64,000 nucleotides of DNA from Octopus sinensis (taxonomy: Eukaryota): contig NC_043012.1 of assembly GCF_006345805.1 (NCBI RefSeq), forward strand, positions 43,276,001-43,340,000, in the 5' to 3' direction. This document shows, one piece after another, positions 13,070 through 25,632 of this stretch. The notes beneath the pieces are model-generated. The model searched no databases. It saw nothing but the letters and a program-made list of their open reading frames with translations, and had not been told where the DNA came from. Each line of letters opens with the position of its first letter. Within the stretch, counting starts at the first letter, position 1. Position numbers and translations under genes: made by a program.

Positions 13070-14137
13070 GACTGGATGTTAAAGCTCGCTGAAAACTACG
13101 AAAGACATAAGGAGCTTCATTCTGTTATGAAGGAAAGCCAATATTTTCAAGTGAGTTTATGCATAATACCCAGGTTGAACAGCATGATGGAAATGCGGCA
13201 ATTGTAGTTGCAAAGAAGGTGAATTCAATAGCAAAGCAAAATGCGCTTGAACAATTGGTTGATAGGTGGGAACATAAACCTCTGCATGGCAAATATGTGG
13301 CCCATAGCAAGCTGATGGAGACCAGAAACACAACCATCAGTGGCTACAGAATTCAGGGCTAAAGGCAGAGAGTGAAGGCTTTATCTTGGCTGCTCAAGAT
13401 CAGAACTCATTGACCCGAAACTATCAAGCCAATGTGATGAAAAATAGTGTAGATCCAAAGTGCCAATACTGCAACGATGGGACTGAAACCTAACCTCTGA
13501 GTGTAAGATTTTAGCACCTGTAGAGTACAAAACAAGACACGACAGAGTTGGCCAATATCTACATTGGATAATGTGTCGGTATTATAAAATCAAAACTGCT
13601 GACAAATGGTACAAACACCACCCTGAGGCTGTAACTGAAGGAGAAAATGTAACGATTCTTTGAGACTTTCCAGTAAGTACAGACTGGTCTATCGAAGAAA
13701 ATAAGCCAGATATTGTGAAAGACCAAAACAATAAAGTCTGTTTATTGATTGACATGAGCATATCATGCGATCATAATATCTCGGCAAAAGAATTTGAGAG
13801 CTCAGAAAATATAAAGATTTTCTAATCGAAATCGAAAAGAAGTGGCATCTCAAGACTGTTAGAGTACCAGTAATTGTAGGAGCACTTGGCACGCCACACG
13901 TATTAAGAGCATTGTCGTTGTGAATTTTCTTTCCCTTTTCCCCCTTTATTTTGTGGTTACGTTTTTATTTTTTTCCTTTTTATCTTTCTCTTTCTTCCTC
14001 TTTTTCTCTATCACATGACTTTGTAAATGAACAATCTGGGGTGTTCATTTTAATGGCCTACCAATGTATATAGTGCATTTCTCTGCTCTAGGTGTCAAGA
14101 AGACACTCGGCAAGAAATGGAAATGGAATTGAAACAA
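13069..14137 (+). mobile_element. R4/Dong segment E2: 5'-truncated 3' part
   Basis: KPLHGKY, GLKAESEGFILAAQDQ, RHDRVGQYLHWIMC and KPDI remnants between two (AAT)n tracts. Confidence 0.85.
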
Positions 14138-14177
14138 GATGATAATAATAATAATGATCATAATAATAATAATGATG

Positions 14178-14238
<61 letters not shown>

Positions 14239-14267
14239 TGATGATGACAATGATAATAATAATAATG

Positions 14268-14814
14268 AATGCCCTGATGCAACACCAAGCAGTGGCTTTC
14301 ATGGCTTCTTATCTGAACTGATTGGAAGTGTTATCATGTACATTGTTTTGTCTTGGTATAAAAGATGGGCTACAGCAAATATTCTGTTCAAGACCACAGA
14401 TTTGCTTGTCAGTTGTTTCATCTTTACCAGTTGAGCATGTCCCTTAGTGGCTGACGATATGTGCATCTGTGATCACGGGCAGAAGTAGTGGGGAGCATCA
14501 TAACGATGTGTTGAGAGAAATTGTTTGGGGTTTGGATAATTTACCACTGGAAACATGGGTGTTTTGTTCAACATCCTTAAACAACCCTTATTCAGGGACC
14601 TTTTGAGGGGGATGGGCTACTTGACGTGAAGGAAATTCTAACTGGGTTCCATTTACAATGTCATGCGCTGTTAATTTTGATATGAGATCACCATGTCGTG
14701 CACATATGGTTGTAATGGATGTGCCTGGTGTACCCTTATCCGACGAGTACCCTTATCCGGCTTCGTATATTTTACCCCAGTGTCACTTTGATGGCATGTA
14801 CTGCTCTGCCAGTC
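14268..14814 (+). mobile_element. ~540-bp non-coding (AAT)n-associated element, copy 1
   Basis: Starts aatgccctgatgca and ends ctgctctgccagtc-AATAAT; homologous to 25633-26169, 26307-26787 and 38862-39031. Confidence 0.8.
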
Positions 14815-14837
14815 AATAATGATGATAATAACGATCT

Positions 14838-15757
14838 GAAGCTGTTTGTTAGAAATAGCGAAGAGTTAGTAGGGCTGGAGAATTCAGCATTGATATCGGG
14901 ATGGACTTTGGCCTTGATAAGTGTGCTAAAGCAACTTTTGTAAGAGGCAAGCTCAGGCAAATAGCCTCTTTCAAATTAGATACCGACATTACCATCAAGG
15001 AGCTTGACCCACAGGAAAATTACAAATACCTGGTGATAAACGAAGGAGATGGCATACAACATGCTACTATGAAGGAAATAAAACATGGGAAGAATATTAC
15101 CGGAGAATAAGACTCATACTGAAAACTGAATTCAATTCTAAAAATCGTATCGAAGCCACTAACACCCTGACTCTTCCAGTAGTCCAATATATGTTGATCG
15201 TCTGTACCTACCTAGAAGTGATAGGGGAAGAGGAATGATGCAGGTAAAACTGTGCTATAAGACCTCCACAATAGCAATGAACAAGTATTTATCTAGTACA
15301 GAAGACTGGATGCTGCGACTTGTGTGCAAACATGAAAGCAGCAAAAAGTCACAGAAAATGAGAAAGCAATCATACTCTGGGATAACCCAATACACACAGA
15401 TAGAGAAATTAAGGCCAATGGGCCAGATATAGTTGCCTGGGATCACAGAAACAAAAATGCTTTCTAATCGATGTTTCAATACCAACAAATGACAATGTTT
15501 CTTTAAAACAAGGGGAGAAACTTGCAAGAAACTCAATTGTGGAGCCTAAAAATAGAAGCAATTCCTATTATAGTAGGCGCATTAGGTATGATAAAAAAGC
15601 ATTCAGACAAAACATAAAACAAACAGGGATTACAAGTATATATAACATTCAGAAAATAGCACTACTAGGCTCCGCACGCATCCTACGTAAAACACTTTCA
15701 ATACAGTAAAAGGCACACAGAGCAGTGAAAGAACGTGATAAAAATAAGACTACTGAA
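14838..15757 (+). mobile_element. R4/Dong segment E4: internally deleted or chimeric
   Basis: DLKLF, MDFGLDKCAKATF and ENYKYL, then an E7-type endonuclease end and 3' UTR (aaggcacacagagc...actactgaataat). Confidence 0.8.
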
Positions 15758-15841
15758 TAATAATAGATTATGATGATAATGATAATGATAATAATGATAA
15801 TAATAAGGATGAAGATGATGATGATGATGATGATGGTGATG

Positions 15842-15898
<57 letters not shown>

Positions 15899-15912
15899 TG
15901 AGGGGAGGGAGA

Positions 15913-16110
15913 ATAAACAATAAATCATATTGTCTCTGGCTGCCCAGTTCTGGCTAAGAAGGAATATATTTACAGACGCGACAGAGTTGGACCTATATTC
16001 ACTGGAAGCTATGCCAACATTATGGAATAACAACAGAAAAAAAGATGTATAGGCACACCCCAGAAAAAGTCACTGAAAATAAAAAAAGGAACCATGCCCT
16101 GAGATAAGCC
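15913..16110 (+). mobile_element. R4/Dong fragment (E7 family, zinc-knuckle/RHD region)
   Basis: Closely matches about 22863-23055 (aataaatcatatt...gctaagaaggaatatatt...cattatggaataacaacagaaaaaa). Confidence 0.8.
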
Positions 16111-16119
16111 AGCAGCAAG

Positions 16120-18479
16120 TCATGACATGATTTAATTTAAAACTTCTCAAAATAAAATCCTCCCCACTTTGGAAAATGATGATGCTTCTGACCTTTGAAC
16201 TTTACTCAAGGAACCAGACAATTGGTTAATCCTGTGCGCTTATAGCAAATTCCTGGATACCAACCATGGAAATACTCCCTAGAACCCGTGTCGTTTGAAG
16301 CACGCGTTCATCAGTGACCTTAGGTTCTGACACTGAGCTGGAAAAGTCTTTAAGTCAGGACCAGCCTCCTCAAGAACCTGTAGCAAATCAAACCAGGGAT
16401 ATTCCCAAAACTGATGCTCAGGATCAACTACCAAATCTATTTCAAAGAAATAGAAATGCAAGACAGAAATGGACTAAGGAGGAATAAATCGAAGTTATGC
16501 ATGCTCAGTATTATTCAACATTAAACCCAGAAACATCAACCAAACAAAAAGAGACCTACACTATCTGGAGGTGCAAAATCTTGCATAGCAGGCTGTACAA
16601 TAATAAACTAGGAGCTGTCAGACGCGATACCCTAAAAAATAAAAGACTAACTGATAGTGAAATTGACAAAGTTGGCAGATCAGTCAAAAGTCAGTGTAAC
16701 ATCCACTCACTTACACCCACAGGCAAAATCTCTGAAATCACTAACTCAAACCAGCAAACTGAGTACACAGAGCCCTATGAAGTGGGACCGTCAGTTGATA
16801 CTAAAAACGCTATAAATGATCACGTCAGCAATGAACTGTTTGATGTAATACTAGAACAATATCTAATACAACTACATCAACCTTTCCACGAAAGATCCCC
16901 ACTTCTCAAAATTATTAATATTAATAAGAACAGAAAAGTAATCAAAGAAGTTGATTAAGCACTTGGAGAGCTGATACAACTTGGGAATAGTAGAGAAAAT
17001 GCCCTCGGAGTGATTGATCAACTCCTTTACTCAGCTGCTTATGTTGCAACTCAGAAATGCGGTATTAAAATTAGAGATAGACAAAAAAGTGCAATGTACA
17101 CAAACAGCCTGCATGGATGGAAAGGATAAACCAGCAAATAATCCAATTAAGAGCAAATATATCTTTTTCTACGTGAAGCAAGCAAAAGGGAAACTAATAA
17201 ATCCAATAAACTAATACAAAAGATACACAGATTAAAATCCTCAGACAAAAACTGCAATTAAAAACCAAGACTGGCAAGATGCAAAGAAAAAAACAAAAAA
17301 AAAAACGCTCAGCATTCCATAGGCAAAACATATTATCCCAGGAGAATACAAAAAATTCTTCAGGGAACTGGGCAAAATACCATTATTTTGAAAACACCTC
17401 CGCAGCAGTAAACTGACAATTTTTGGAAAAAACATTTGGAGTAATCCAAAGGAGATTAATCAGAATGCATTTTGAGTTAGGGACATAGAAGAGGCCAATG
17501 CCCACCTCAAATATCAAGAACGGTAGGATATAACAACTGAAGAAGTGAAAACTGCGCTCGCCAAGTCAAAGAAATGGAAATCCCCAAGTATAGATAAGAT
17601 TTCAAATTCTTGGCTAAACTCTTTAATAAGCACTCACCACAATTTAGCCGTAGCACTCGATGAAGTCATGTCCAACCCTGCGAAAGCTCCAAAGAGAGTT
17701 ACAGAAGGGATTACATATCTCTTACCAAAAACAGAAGAAACTACTAACCCCACAAAAATACCGACCCCTAACATGCCTCACCACCATACACTATTAACAT
17801 TTATAATAGCGAATAGGGCATATGAATTCTTGGACAATAGAAACTTATTCCCAGTGGACCGAAAGGGATATAAAAGGAGTTCATAAGGATATAAGAGCCA
17901 ATTAATGATTGATAAAATGGTCATTGAAAATTGCAAGTCCAAACGCAGAAACCTTAGCACCGCTTGGATAGATTACAAGAAGGCTTTGATAGTGTTTCCC
18001 AGGCATGGATCATCAAAGCCCTGGAAATTTACAAGATAGCTCCAACAATTCTGACTTTTAAAAAGTAATCATGAATTTGTGGAGAACCAACGTCATTTTA
18101 AACCACACACAAGGATATGCCACCTCACCAGACATCAATATCGCCTGTGGTATCGATCAAGGTAACTCATTATCGCCATTACTATTCCGCCTCGCTCTGT
18201 TCCCTTTATCCAACCAACTGGATAATGCTAAGAGAGGGTGTAATATATTTGAACAGAAAATTAATTATCTACTCTCGACAAAGAACTAGAAGGGTTCCTG
18301 AATATTGTCAAATAATTCAGCTCTGATATAGGTATGGAATTTGGACTTGATAAATGTACAAAAGGCTACTTTCAAGGTAGAGAAGTTCATAAAGTCAGAA
18401 AACACAGAACTTGATAATATTCGAAGCCTAGACCAATCCGAAGTATACAAATGTCTGTGAACCAATGAAGGTGATGGTA

Positions 18480-18480
<1 letters not shown>
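16120..18480 (+). mobile_element. R4/Dong segment E5: 5' region and RT, 3'-truncated at (CA)n
   Basis: RQKWTKEE, KWKSPSIDKI, STAWIDYKKA, QGNSLSPLLF and MEFGLDKC with many disablements. Confidence 0.85.
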
Positions 18481-18551
<71 letters not shown>

Positions 18552-18589
18552 CACACACACTCACACACATACACACGTATATATATATA

Positions 18590-18688
18590 CATATATATGA
18601 CGGGCTTCTTTTAGTTTCCGTCTACCAAATTCACTCACAAGGCTTTGGCCAGCCCGAGGCTATATTAGAAGACACATGCCCAAGGTTC
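18590..18688 (-). mobile_element. SINE family A, partial
   Basis: Reverse complement of the core (accttgggcatgtgtctt...gagtgaatttggtagacggaaact). Confidence 0.75.
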
Positions 18689-18759
18689 GCATGCAAGCTA
18701 CCTACCACACAGCCACTCCTACGCCTAGTAGCTGCATAAAATTAAGCATTGAAGACAAA

Positions 18760-19440
18760 AACCAAGTAGATTTCCAGTCTAGATTATGCAAATCGAAAGA
18801 GGAAAATGTTACTCATATAGTAAGTGAATGTAGCTGGCTGGCACAGAAAGAATACAAGAAAAGACATGACAATCTAGGGAGAGTAATCCACAGGGAGTTA
18901 TGTAGAAAGCTAGGATTTGAACACGCTGATAAATGGTATGAACATGAACCTAGTAAAGTACTAAAAGGTAAGATGTTGTGGGACTTTAACATTCAGACTG
19001 ACAGAGTAATAGAAGTTAGAAGGCCTGACTTGGGGGTAGTAAAGAGATTAGAAAGTGCCAGATAATTGATTTTACAGACTCAAATGATGAAAAAATTAAT
19101 ATGAGAAGTATGAAAAAAGTAGCAAAGTACCAGCATCTAGCCATTGAATTACAGAGACTATGGAAAGTACGGGTAAAAAATATTCTAGTAGTTATAGGTG
19201 CATTGGGAACTATCGGTAAATATCTCAACAGATGGATTGAGGAAATAGGCATAAAACCCAGTTTAGTGCAGCTACGGAAGACAGTGTTATTAGGGACAGC
19301 TAAGATACTTAGGAGGGTTCTTGGCATCTAAGTTTACTTGCTGTAACCCAATAAGAAGGTTCTTGGCATCTAAGGCTACTTGTTGTAGCCCGATGTTAGG
19401 ATTCTTTTCTTTTTCCGACAGTCTAATCTGTTGAGTGTAC
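18760..19440 (+). mobile_element. R4/Dong segment E6: zinc knuckle, endonuclease and 3' UTR
   Basis: RLCKSKEENVTHIVSEC, RHDNLG, LWDFNIQTDRVIEVRRPD, AKYQHL and VLLGTAKILRRVLGI*, then (AAT)n. Confidence 0.85.
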
Positions 19441-19533
<93 letters not shown>

Positions 19534-19537
<4 letters not shown>

Positions 19538-22500
19538 CCGGGGGACGTTTAAGAGGAGAACACCGGGGGACGTTTAAGATGTAAGAAGGAAAATTCAGAG
19601 CTCCGAAATCTATCCACAAACATCGAAAACAAGGACATCCTATGGAGCCAAAGTTTTACTAACAAAGAATTGGACTGTATCCGAGTAAGTAATACTAATT
19701 GAAATTTATTACTATTTTCGAAACGAAATGATGTATTTTGACTCGATATCATCTCCACCTCTAACACAACACATGTAAACATGCGTGGAACATCACGATC
19801 ATCCCCGACCCCAAACACCATGTACAAAGGAACTACGAAGAAATTAAATGCCACCGATACTATTCAACCCAAGAATAACAATCGAGCGGTACGTACATTA
19901 AACTTACAACAAAAAATGTACGAAAAACTACACGTGCGAAATAATGTGACAACAGAAATAAACGGACCGGTACCCTACGAAAATGACGACCGTCAAAATA
20001 ATGGGCCGGACGTTGTACCTCATGTCCCGCAAATAAAACCCAAAAGACGTAAATGGACACGTGAGGAATACATTTCTATCTTACACGCATACTTCACAGC
20101 AGTACTCTACCAAAAAATGAAAATACAACAACACATACATATAAAATATGGAAGGAAAATAATAGAGATATAGACTTGGATACAGCAATGAACCCTAATA
20201 AATTAGCTAACGTACGAAGATACATTCTCAACACAAAAAAATATCAGAAATAGAAATAGAACACCTAAAAGAAAACATACACCAGGAAAATGTAGATAGA
20301 AGCCACACAACAATGCCCAATAATATAAACACTGAAACTGTAAAACACGAAGACAAACGCAACATTCCCAACAAACACGATGTAAACAACGAAGGGGAGC
20401 CTAATGATCATGATAATATAAAAAATAAAATAATCAAAGAACTGAAAACCACAGAGCTCAAAATGGAGCACCGACCATACCTCCCAAGAATCAAAATAAA
20501 CGAAATAACAACACCTATTATAAACGGCATAAACCTAGCCGTCACTGAACTGATAGCCACTGAATAAAAAAAAAAGTGATATCACTGAGCTAAATAACCT
20601 AATATACGCAGCAGCCACTGCAGCCACAAAAGAAGCTGGATACTCACCCAAACCCGCCCAAACAGGAGTACCACCACCCAAACAAACCCTGTGGATAAAT
20701 AACATCCAAAGCAAAATAAAAAAAAATTAGAAAAGACCTGTCGATTCTTAATGAAATCAGCAAACAATCAACGCTACTGAGCAACAAAAAGAGAACAAAA
20801 ATACTCCGCAAATATAACATCACAGAGAAAGATTTGCCTGAAATAAAAGAAAAGCTGAAGCAAGATATCCTTGCTAAAGCACAAAGGATCCGCCGGTACA
20901 AGAAACGCCAACGCTTCTTTGAAGAAAACAAAAAGTTCAACCCCGACCCCAAAAAGTTCTACCAAGAACTGGGCAAAAATAAAATAGAAGTCACTGCAGC
21001 ACCAACGGCAGAAGAACTGGAAGAATTCTGGGGAGAAATATGGTCGGCGAATGAACCACCAAAAAAAAAGGAGTATCAAAATAACAAACTCGGCATCTGA
21101 ACAACTTTGGACCCACATAACAACTGAAGAGGTCACCCAGGCACTGCAAAGACTAAGCAACTGGAAGGCACCTGGGCATGACAAGATCCCCAACTTCTGG
21201 TTGAAATATCTAACAGGAATGCACAAAAAGCTGGCTGAAAACTTTAACAACGTACTAGCAGAGCCAGAGACAATGCCTGAATGGCTCACGAAGGGGAAAA
21301 CCATCTTAATTCCCAAATCAAATGAAACAGAAAAACCTGCCTCCCTACTATGTTCAAGGCATTTACTGCAGTGATATCACAAAGGCTGAACAAGCACCTG
21401 GACGAAAACAAACTGTTCCCAGAAGAGCAGAAAGGATGCCGCAAAGGCTCATATGGCTGTAAAGATCAACTAATGATTAATAAATCCATAACTGAAGACA
21501 GCCACAGAAAGAAGAAAGGCCTCAGTATGGCCTGGATTGACTACAAAAAGGCGTTTGATAACATCCCCCACACATGGATCCTCGAAACACTAGCCATTAA
21601 CAAAGTAGCACCAACAATCATAAAATTCATAGAGCACTCTATGAATAAATGGCAAACAGTCCTACACCTCCAAACAAAAGAGTGTCTCATGAAAACCAAA
21701 GACATCCCCATTAGAAGAGGAATATTCCAGGGAGACACGCTCTCTCCACTCCTTTTCTGCTTGGCACTGTCACCTCTATCTGATATGCTAAATAGAACTG
21801 GATGCGGATATAAATATTACGGCAAAACGATCAGCCACCTTTTATATATGGATGACCTAAAACTATACGCTGCAAATGACAAACAGCTGGAAACACTATT
21901 AAAGACAGTTCATGGATTTACCAAAGAAATAGATATGAAATTTGGATTAGAAAAATGCGCCAAAGTAACCCTGAAAAGAGGAAAACTAGTTAAGAGTAAC
22001 AACATCACACTAGATAAAACCAATGAAATAAAAGAATTAGACCAAAGCCAAACTTACAAATATTTAGGAATCCATGAACTAGATAAGACACAACACATAT
22101 ACATGAAAGAGAAAATAAAAAAAGAATATTATAGACGAGTTAGATCAATACTAAACACAGAGCTCAATGCTAAAAACAAGATAATAGGTATCAACACTTT
22201 AGCTGTGCCAGTTATAAGTTACAGCTACAATATCCTTAACTGGACACGAAATGAACTGACCAAAATAGATAGGAAAACAAGAAAAATAATGACAGGATCT
22301 AGGATGCATCACCCAAAATCTGACATAGAAAGACTATATATACAACGTATAGAAGGTGGTAGAGGCCTTATACAGCTGGAAAACTACTATAAAATAACCA
22401 CCATAGGACTGCAAAAATATCTACTTCAGAAGGAAGGAAAACTGATCCAGATAGCGGCAAAACACGAGCAAAACAAAAAACTGTTCTCAGTATTTAAGGA

Positions 22501-23505
22501 AGCTGACAAATACAAACAAGAAATCATACCACCTAATAAACACAAAGAAGAAGAAGAAGAAGATGAAGAAACAACAAAAGCTATAAAACAAATGAAATCC
22601 AAACTAAAAATAGAACAGCAACGAACCATGATAAAACGATGGCAAGAAAAGCCCCTTCATGGTAAATACTGGACTAAACTAAACGCAAAAGAAATAGACA
22701 AAGAAAAATCCCAGCAATGGTTGAGAAGCTCAGGACTCAAAGCAGAAACAGAGGGATTTTTAATTGCAGCACAAGACCAAAGCCTCCCCACCAGAAATTA
22801 CCAAAAACATGTAATGAAAAGAAATATTACAAGTAACTGCAGAATATGTGGAGATGGACAAGAAACAATAAATCATATTATCTCTAGCTGCCCAGTCCTG
22901 GCTAAGAAGGAATATATTCACAGACATGACAGAGTTGGAACCTACATACATTGGAAGCTATGCCAACATTATGGAATAACAACAGAAAAAAGATGGTATA
23001 GGCACACACCAGAAAAGGTCACAGAAAACGAGAAAGCAACCATACTCTGGGATATGCCGATACACACAGATAGAGAAATTAAGGCCAACAGACCAGATAT
23101 AGTTGTCAGAGACCATGAAGAAAAAAAATGCTTTCTAATTGATGTATCAATACCGGCTGATGACAACGTGTCTCTAAAAGAAATGGAGAAACTCTCAAAA
23201 TACAAAGACCTGGAAATAGAGGTAACTAGAATGTGGAATCTGAAAACAGAAACAATTCCTATCATAGTAGGTGCATTAGGCATGATAAAAAAATATTCAG
23301 ACAAATACATAACAAAAACACCAGGACTTACAAACACATATAACATACAGAAAATTGCACTACTAGGCACTGCACACATCCTACGCAGAACACTTTCCAT
23401 ACAATAACCATCAGAGCATCACAACAAATCACAGCACATACCCAAGGCACACAGAGCTGCGCTCGGTAGTGAAGTGAAAGCACGCTATAAAAATAAAACT
23501 ACTGA
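19534..23505 (+). mobile_element. R4/Dong segment E7: near-full-length ~4-kb element
   Basis: 5' UTR, RRKWTREE N-terminal motif, RT, CCHC knuckle, RLE domain and 3' UTR. Long (AAT)n tracts lie on both sides. Confidence 0.93.
21350..23407 (+). CDS. E7 reverse transcriptase / restriction-like endonuclease ORF (685-aa intact portion)
   Basis: AWIDYKKAFD, GIFQGDTLSPLLF, LYMDDLKLY, YKYLG, CRICGDGQETINHIISSC, RHD, RPDIVV and KLSKY. No APE domain. Confidence 0.92.
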   Translation: MFKAFTAVISQRLNKHLDENKLFPEEQKGCRKGSYGCKDQLMINKSITEDSHRKKKGLSMAWIDYKKAFDNIPHTWILETLAINKVAPTIIKFIEHSMNKWQTVLHLQTKECLMKTKDIPIRRGIFQGDTLSPLLFCLALSPLSDMLNRTGCGYKYYGKTISHLLYMDDLKLYAANDKQLETLLKTVHGFTKEIDMKFGLEKCAKVTLKRGKLVKSNNITLDKTNEIKELDQSQTYKYLGIHELDKTQHIYMKEKIKKEYYRRVRSILNTELNAKNKIIGINTLAVPVISYSYNILNWTRNELTKIDRKTRKIMTGSRMHHPKSDIERLYIQRIEGGRGLIQLENYYKITTIGLQKYLLQKEGKLIQIAAKHEQNKKLFSVFKEADKYKQEIIPPNKHKEEEEEDEETTKAIKQMKSKLKIEQQRTMIKRWQEKPLHGKYWTKLNAKEIDKEKSQQWLRSSGLKAETEGFLIAAQDQSLPTRNYQKHVMKRNITSNCRICGDGQETINHIISSCPVLAKKEYIHRHDRVGTYIHWKLCQHYGITTEKRWYRHTPEKVTENEKATILWDMPIHTDREIKANRPDIVVRDHEEKKCFLIDVSIPADDNVSLKEMEKLSKYKDLEIEVTRMWNLKTETIPIIVGALGMIKKYSDKYITKTPGLTNTYNIQKIALLGTAHILRRTLSIQ

Positions 23506-23611
23506 ATAATAATAATAATAATAACAATAATAATAATATAAATAATAATAATAATAATAATAATAATGATGATGATGATGATAATAATAATGATGATGAT
23601 AATAATAATAA

Positions 23612-25610
23612 TGGAAATGTATTTAGCGCTTTCTCTGCGAAACATTTTGTCTGTAAGTATGAGACCATGGAGAACCACACTAACTTTGAACAGTGACAAT
23701 GAATCCCTAAATGCTGGTGATGTAAAAATTTCATGTGGGATTTTCGAGGGTGACTCACTATCACCACTCCTCTTTTGTTTAACCTTAATACTTCTCTCAA
23801 AATTGCTCAATGACGCGCAGTACGGATGTAAAATGTTTGATAAAAATATAAATCCTCTCATTTACATGGATAATTTAAAGCTTTTTGCAAAAAATGACCA
23901 ACAACTCAAGGGCTTACTAGCGATTGTTAAACAATTCAGTGATGACATCAGAATGCAATTTGGCCTCGATAAATTTGAAAAAGCTACCTTTATCAAAAGA
24001 AAAAATGACAGAAACATCTAACGTTAACCTTGACCAGCAGAATGTCATAAAAGAGTTAGACCCAGCGGAGAGCTACAAGTACCTAGGGGTAATTGAAGGG
24101 GACGCAATAAGGCATTCAGTGATGAAGGAAATGATCAGAAGAGAATGTTCTCGCAGAGTAAGAGCAATACTCAAGACAGAGCTGAATGCGAGAAACAGGA
24201 TCGAAGCGATCAATACTTTAGTCATACCAGTTGGGATTTACAGTTTCAATATCGTTAACTGGTCAATTACTGAAATATGTAATCTTGACAGAAAAATACG
24301 AAAACTATTGACAATGCATAGAATGCACCACCCTAAGGCAGATACAGAACGACTTTATCTGCCAAGAAAAGAGGGAGGCTGTGGACTTTTACAACTGGCA
24401 TTTACAATGAAGATTGCCATAATTGGCCTAGACACCTACCTGAAAAACTCTGAGGACTGGATGTTAAAACTTGTCTCAAAACATGAAAACAAGAAAGCAT
24501 CATACTCAGTAACAAAACAAGCAAAGGAATATCTAAGTGAATTCCGAATGCAACAAATTTCGGAATCAGAGAAAGACATACAAGAAACAAGCACAGAAAA
24601 ATCTAAGCGCATGAAAACCCGTGCTAAAACTGCGGCCTTAGATATTCTGAATGATAAATGGCAAGAAAAACCTCTCTATGGCAAATACCCAAAGAGAGCG
24701 TATAATGCCGATGTTGACAAAGCCCTGACCCATCAATGGCTAATGGCCTCTGGCTTAAAATCTGAAACAGAAGGGTTTATCATAGCAGCTCAAGATCAAT
24801 GCCTACCAACAAGAAACTACCATGCCAACATATTAAAGAACGGCAGTAGCCCAACATGTCGTGTATGTCAACAACAAAATGAAACCATTGATTATGTTGT
24901 CTCCAAGTGCAGTCTTCTAGCGCCTACAGAGTATCTCAACAGGCATGATAGAGCTGCACAATATATTCGCTGGCTAATTTGCAAAAACCTGGATTTGCCC
25001 CATGAAAAAACTGGTGGGAACACAAACCACCTCCAGTGCTTGAAAATCACCACATCTCACTCCTCTGGAACTTCACCATTCAAACTGACAGAAAGATAGA
25101 TGCAAATAGGCCAGACATCATATTGAAAGACTTCAGACAAAGAACATGCCTCCTCATTGATATGACTGTTCCAATCGATATAAACGTATCTGTCAAGACC
25201 TACCAAAAACTGAGCAAATATAAAGATCTTGAAATAGAAATCAGCAAAATGTGGAACCTGAAAACTAAAACAATACCTGTAGTCATAGGTGCCCTGGGAA
25301 TAATAGCAAAAGGGGCTGATTGCTACCTAACTCAGATACCAGGAAACCCCAAAATGGCAGAAATTCAAAAGATAGTGCTCATGGGAACTGCTCATATCCT
25401 ACGCAAAATACTTTCTATGCAATCTCAAGGTTTAAAACAAACATAATTTTCGTATTTTTTGGGGCATTCACTAGTACAACACAAAAACCCCCCAAATATA
25501 TGGCACACTAGGCATATCAACAACGTGAATTTCCGACCTGTTGTCTCTTGAGGTCTCTAGGTGAGACTTGGAGCCAACTTGTACAAATATAAAGCAAAAG
25601 TCAAACATAG
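23612..25610 (+). mobile_element. R4/Dong segment E8: 5'-truncated element of a different family
   Basis: GDSLSPLLF, YMDNLKLF, SYKYLG, GLKSETEGFIIAAQDQ, CRVC, RHD, RPDIILKD and LMGTAHILRKILS, then 3' UTR and (AAT)n. Confidence 0.9.
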
Positions 25611-25632
25611 AATAATAATAATAATAATAATA

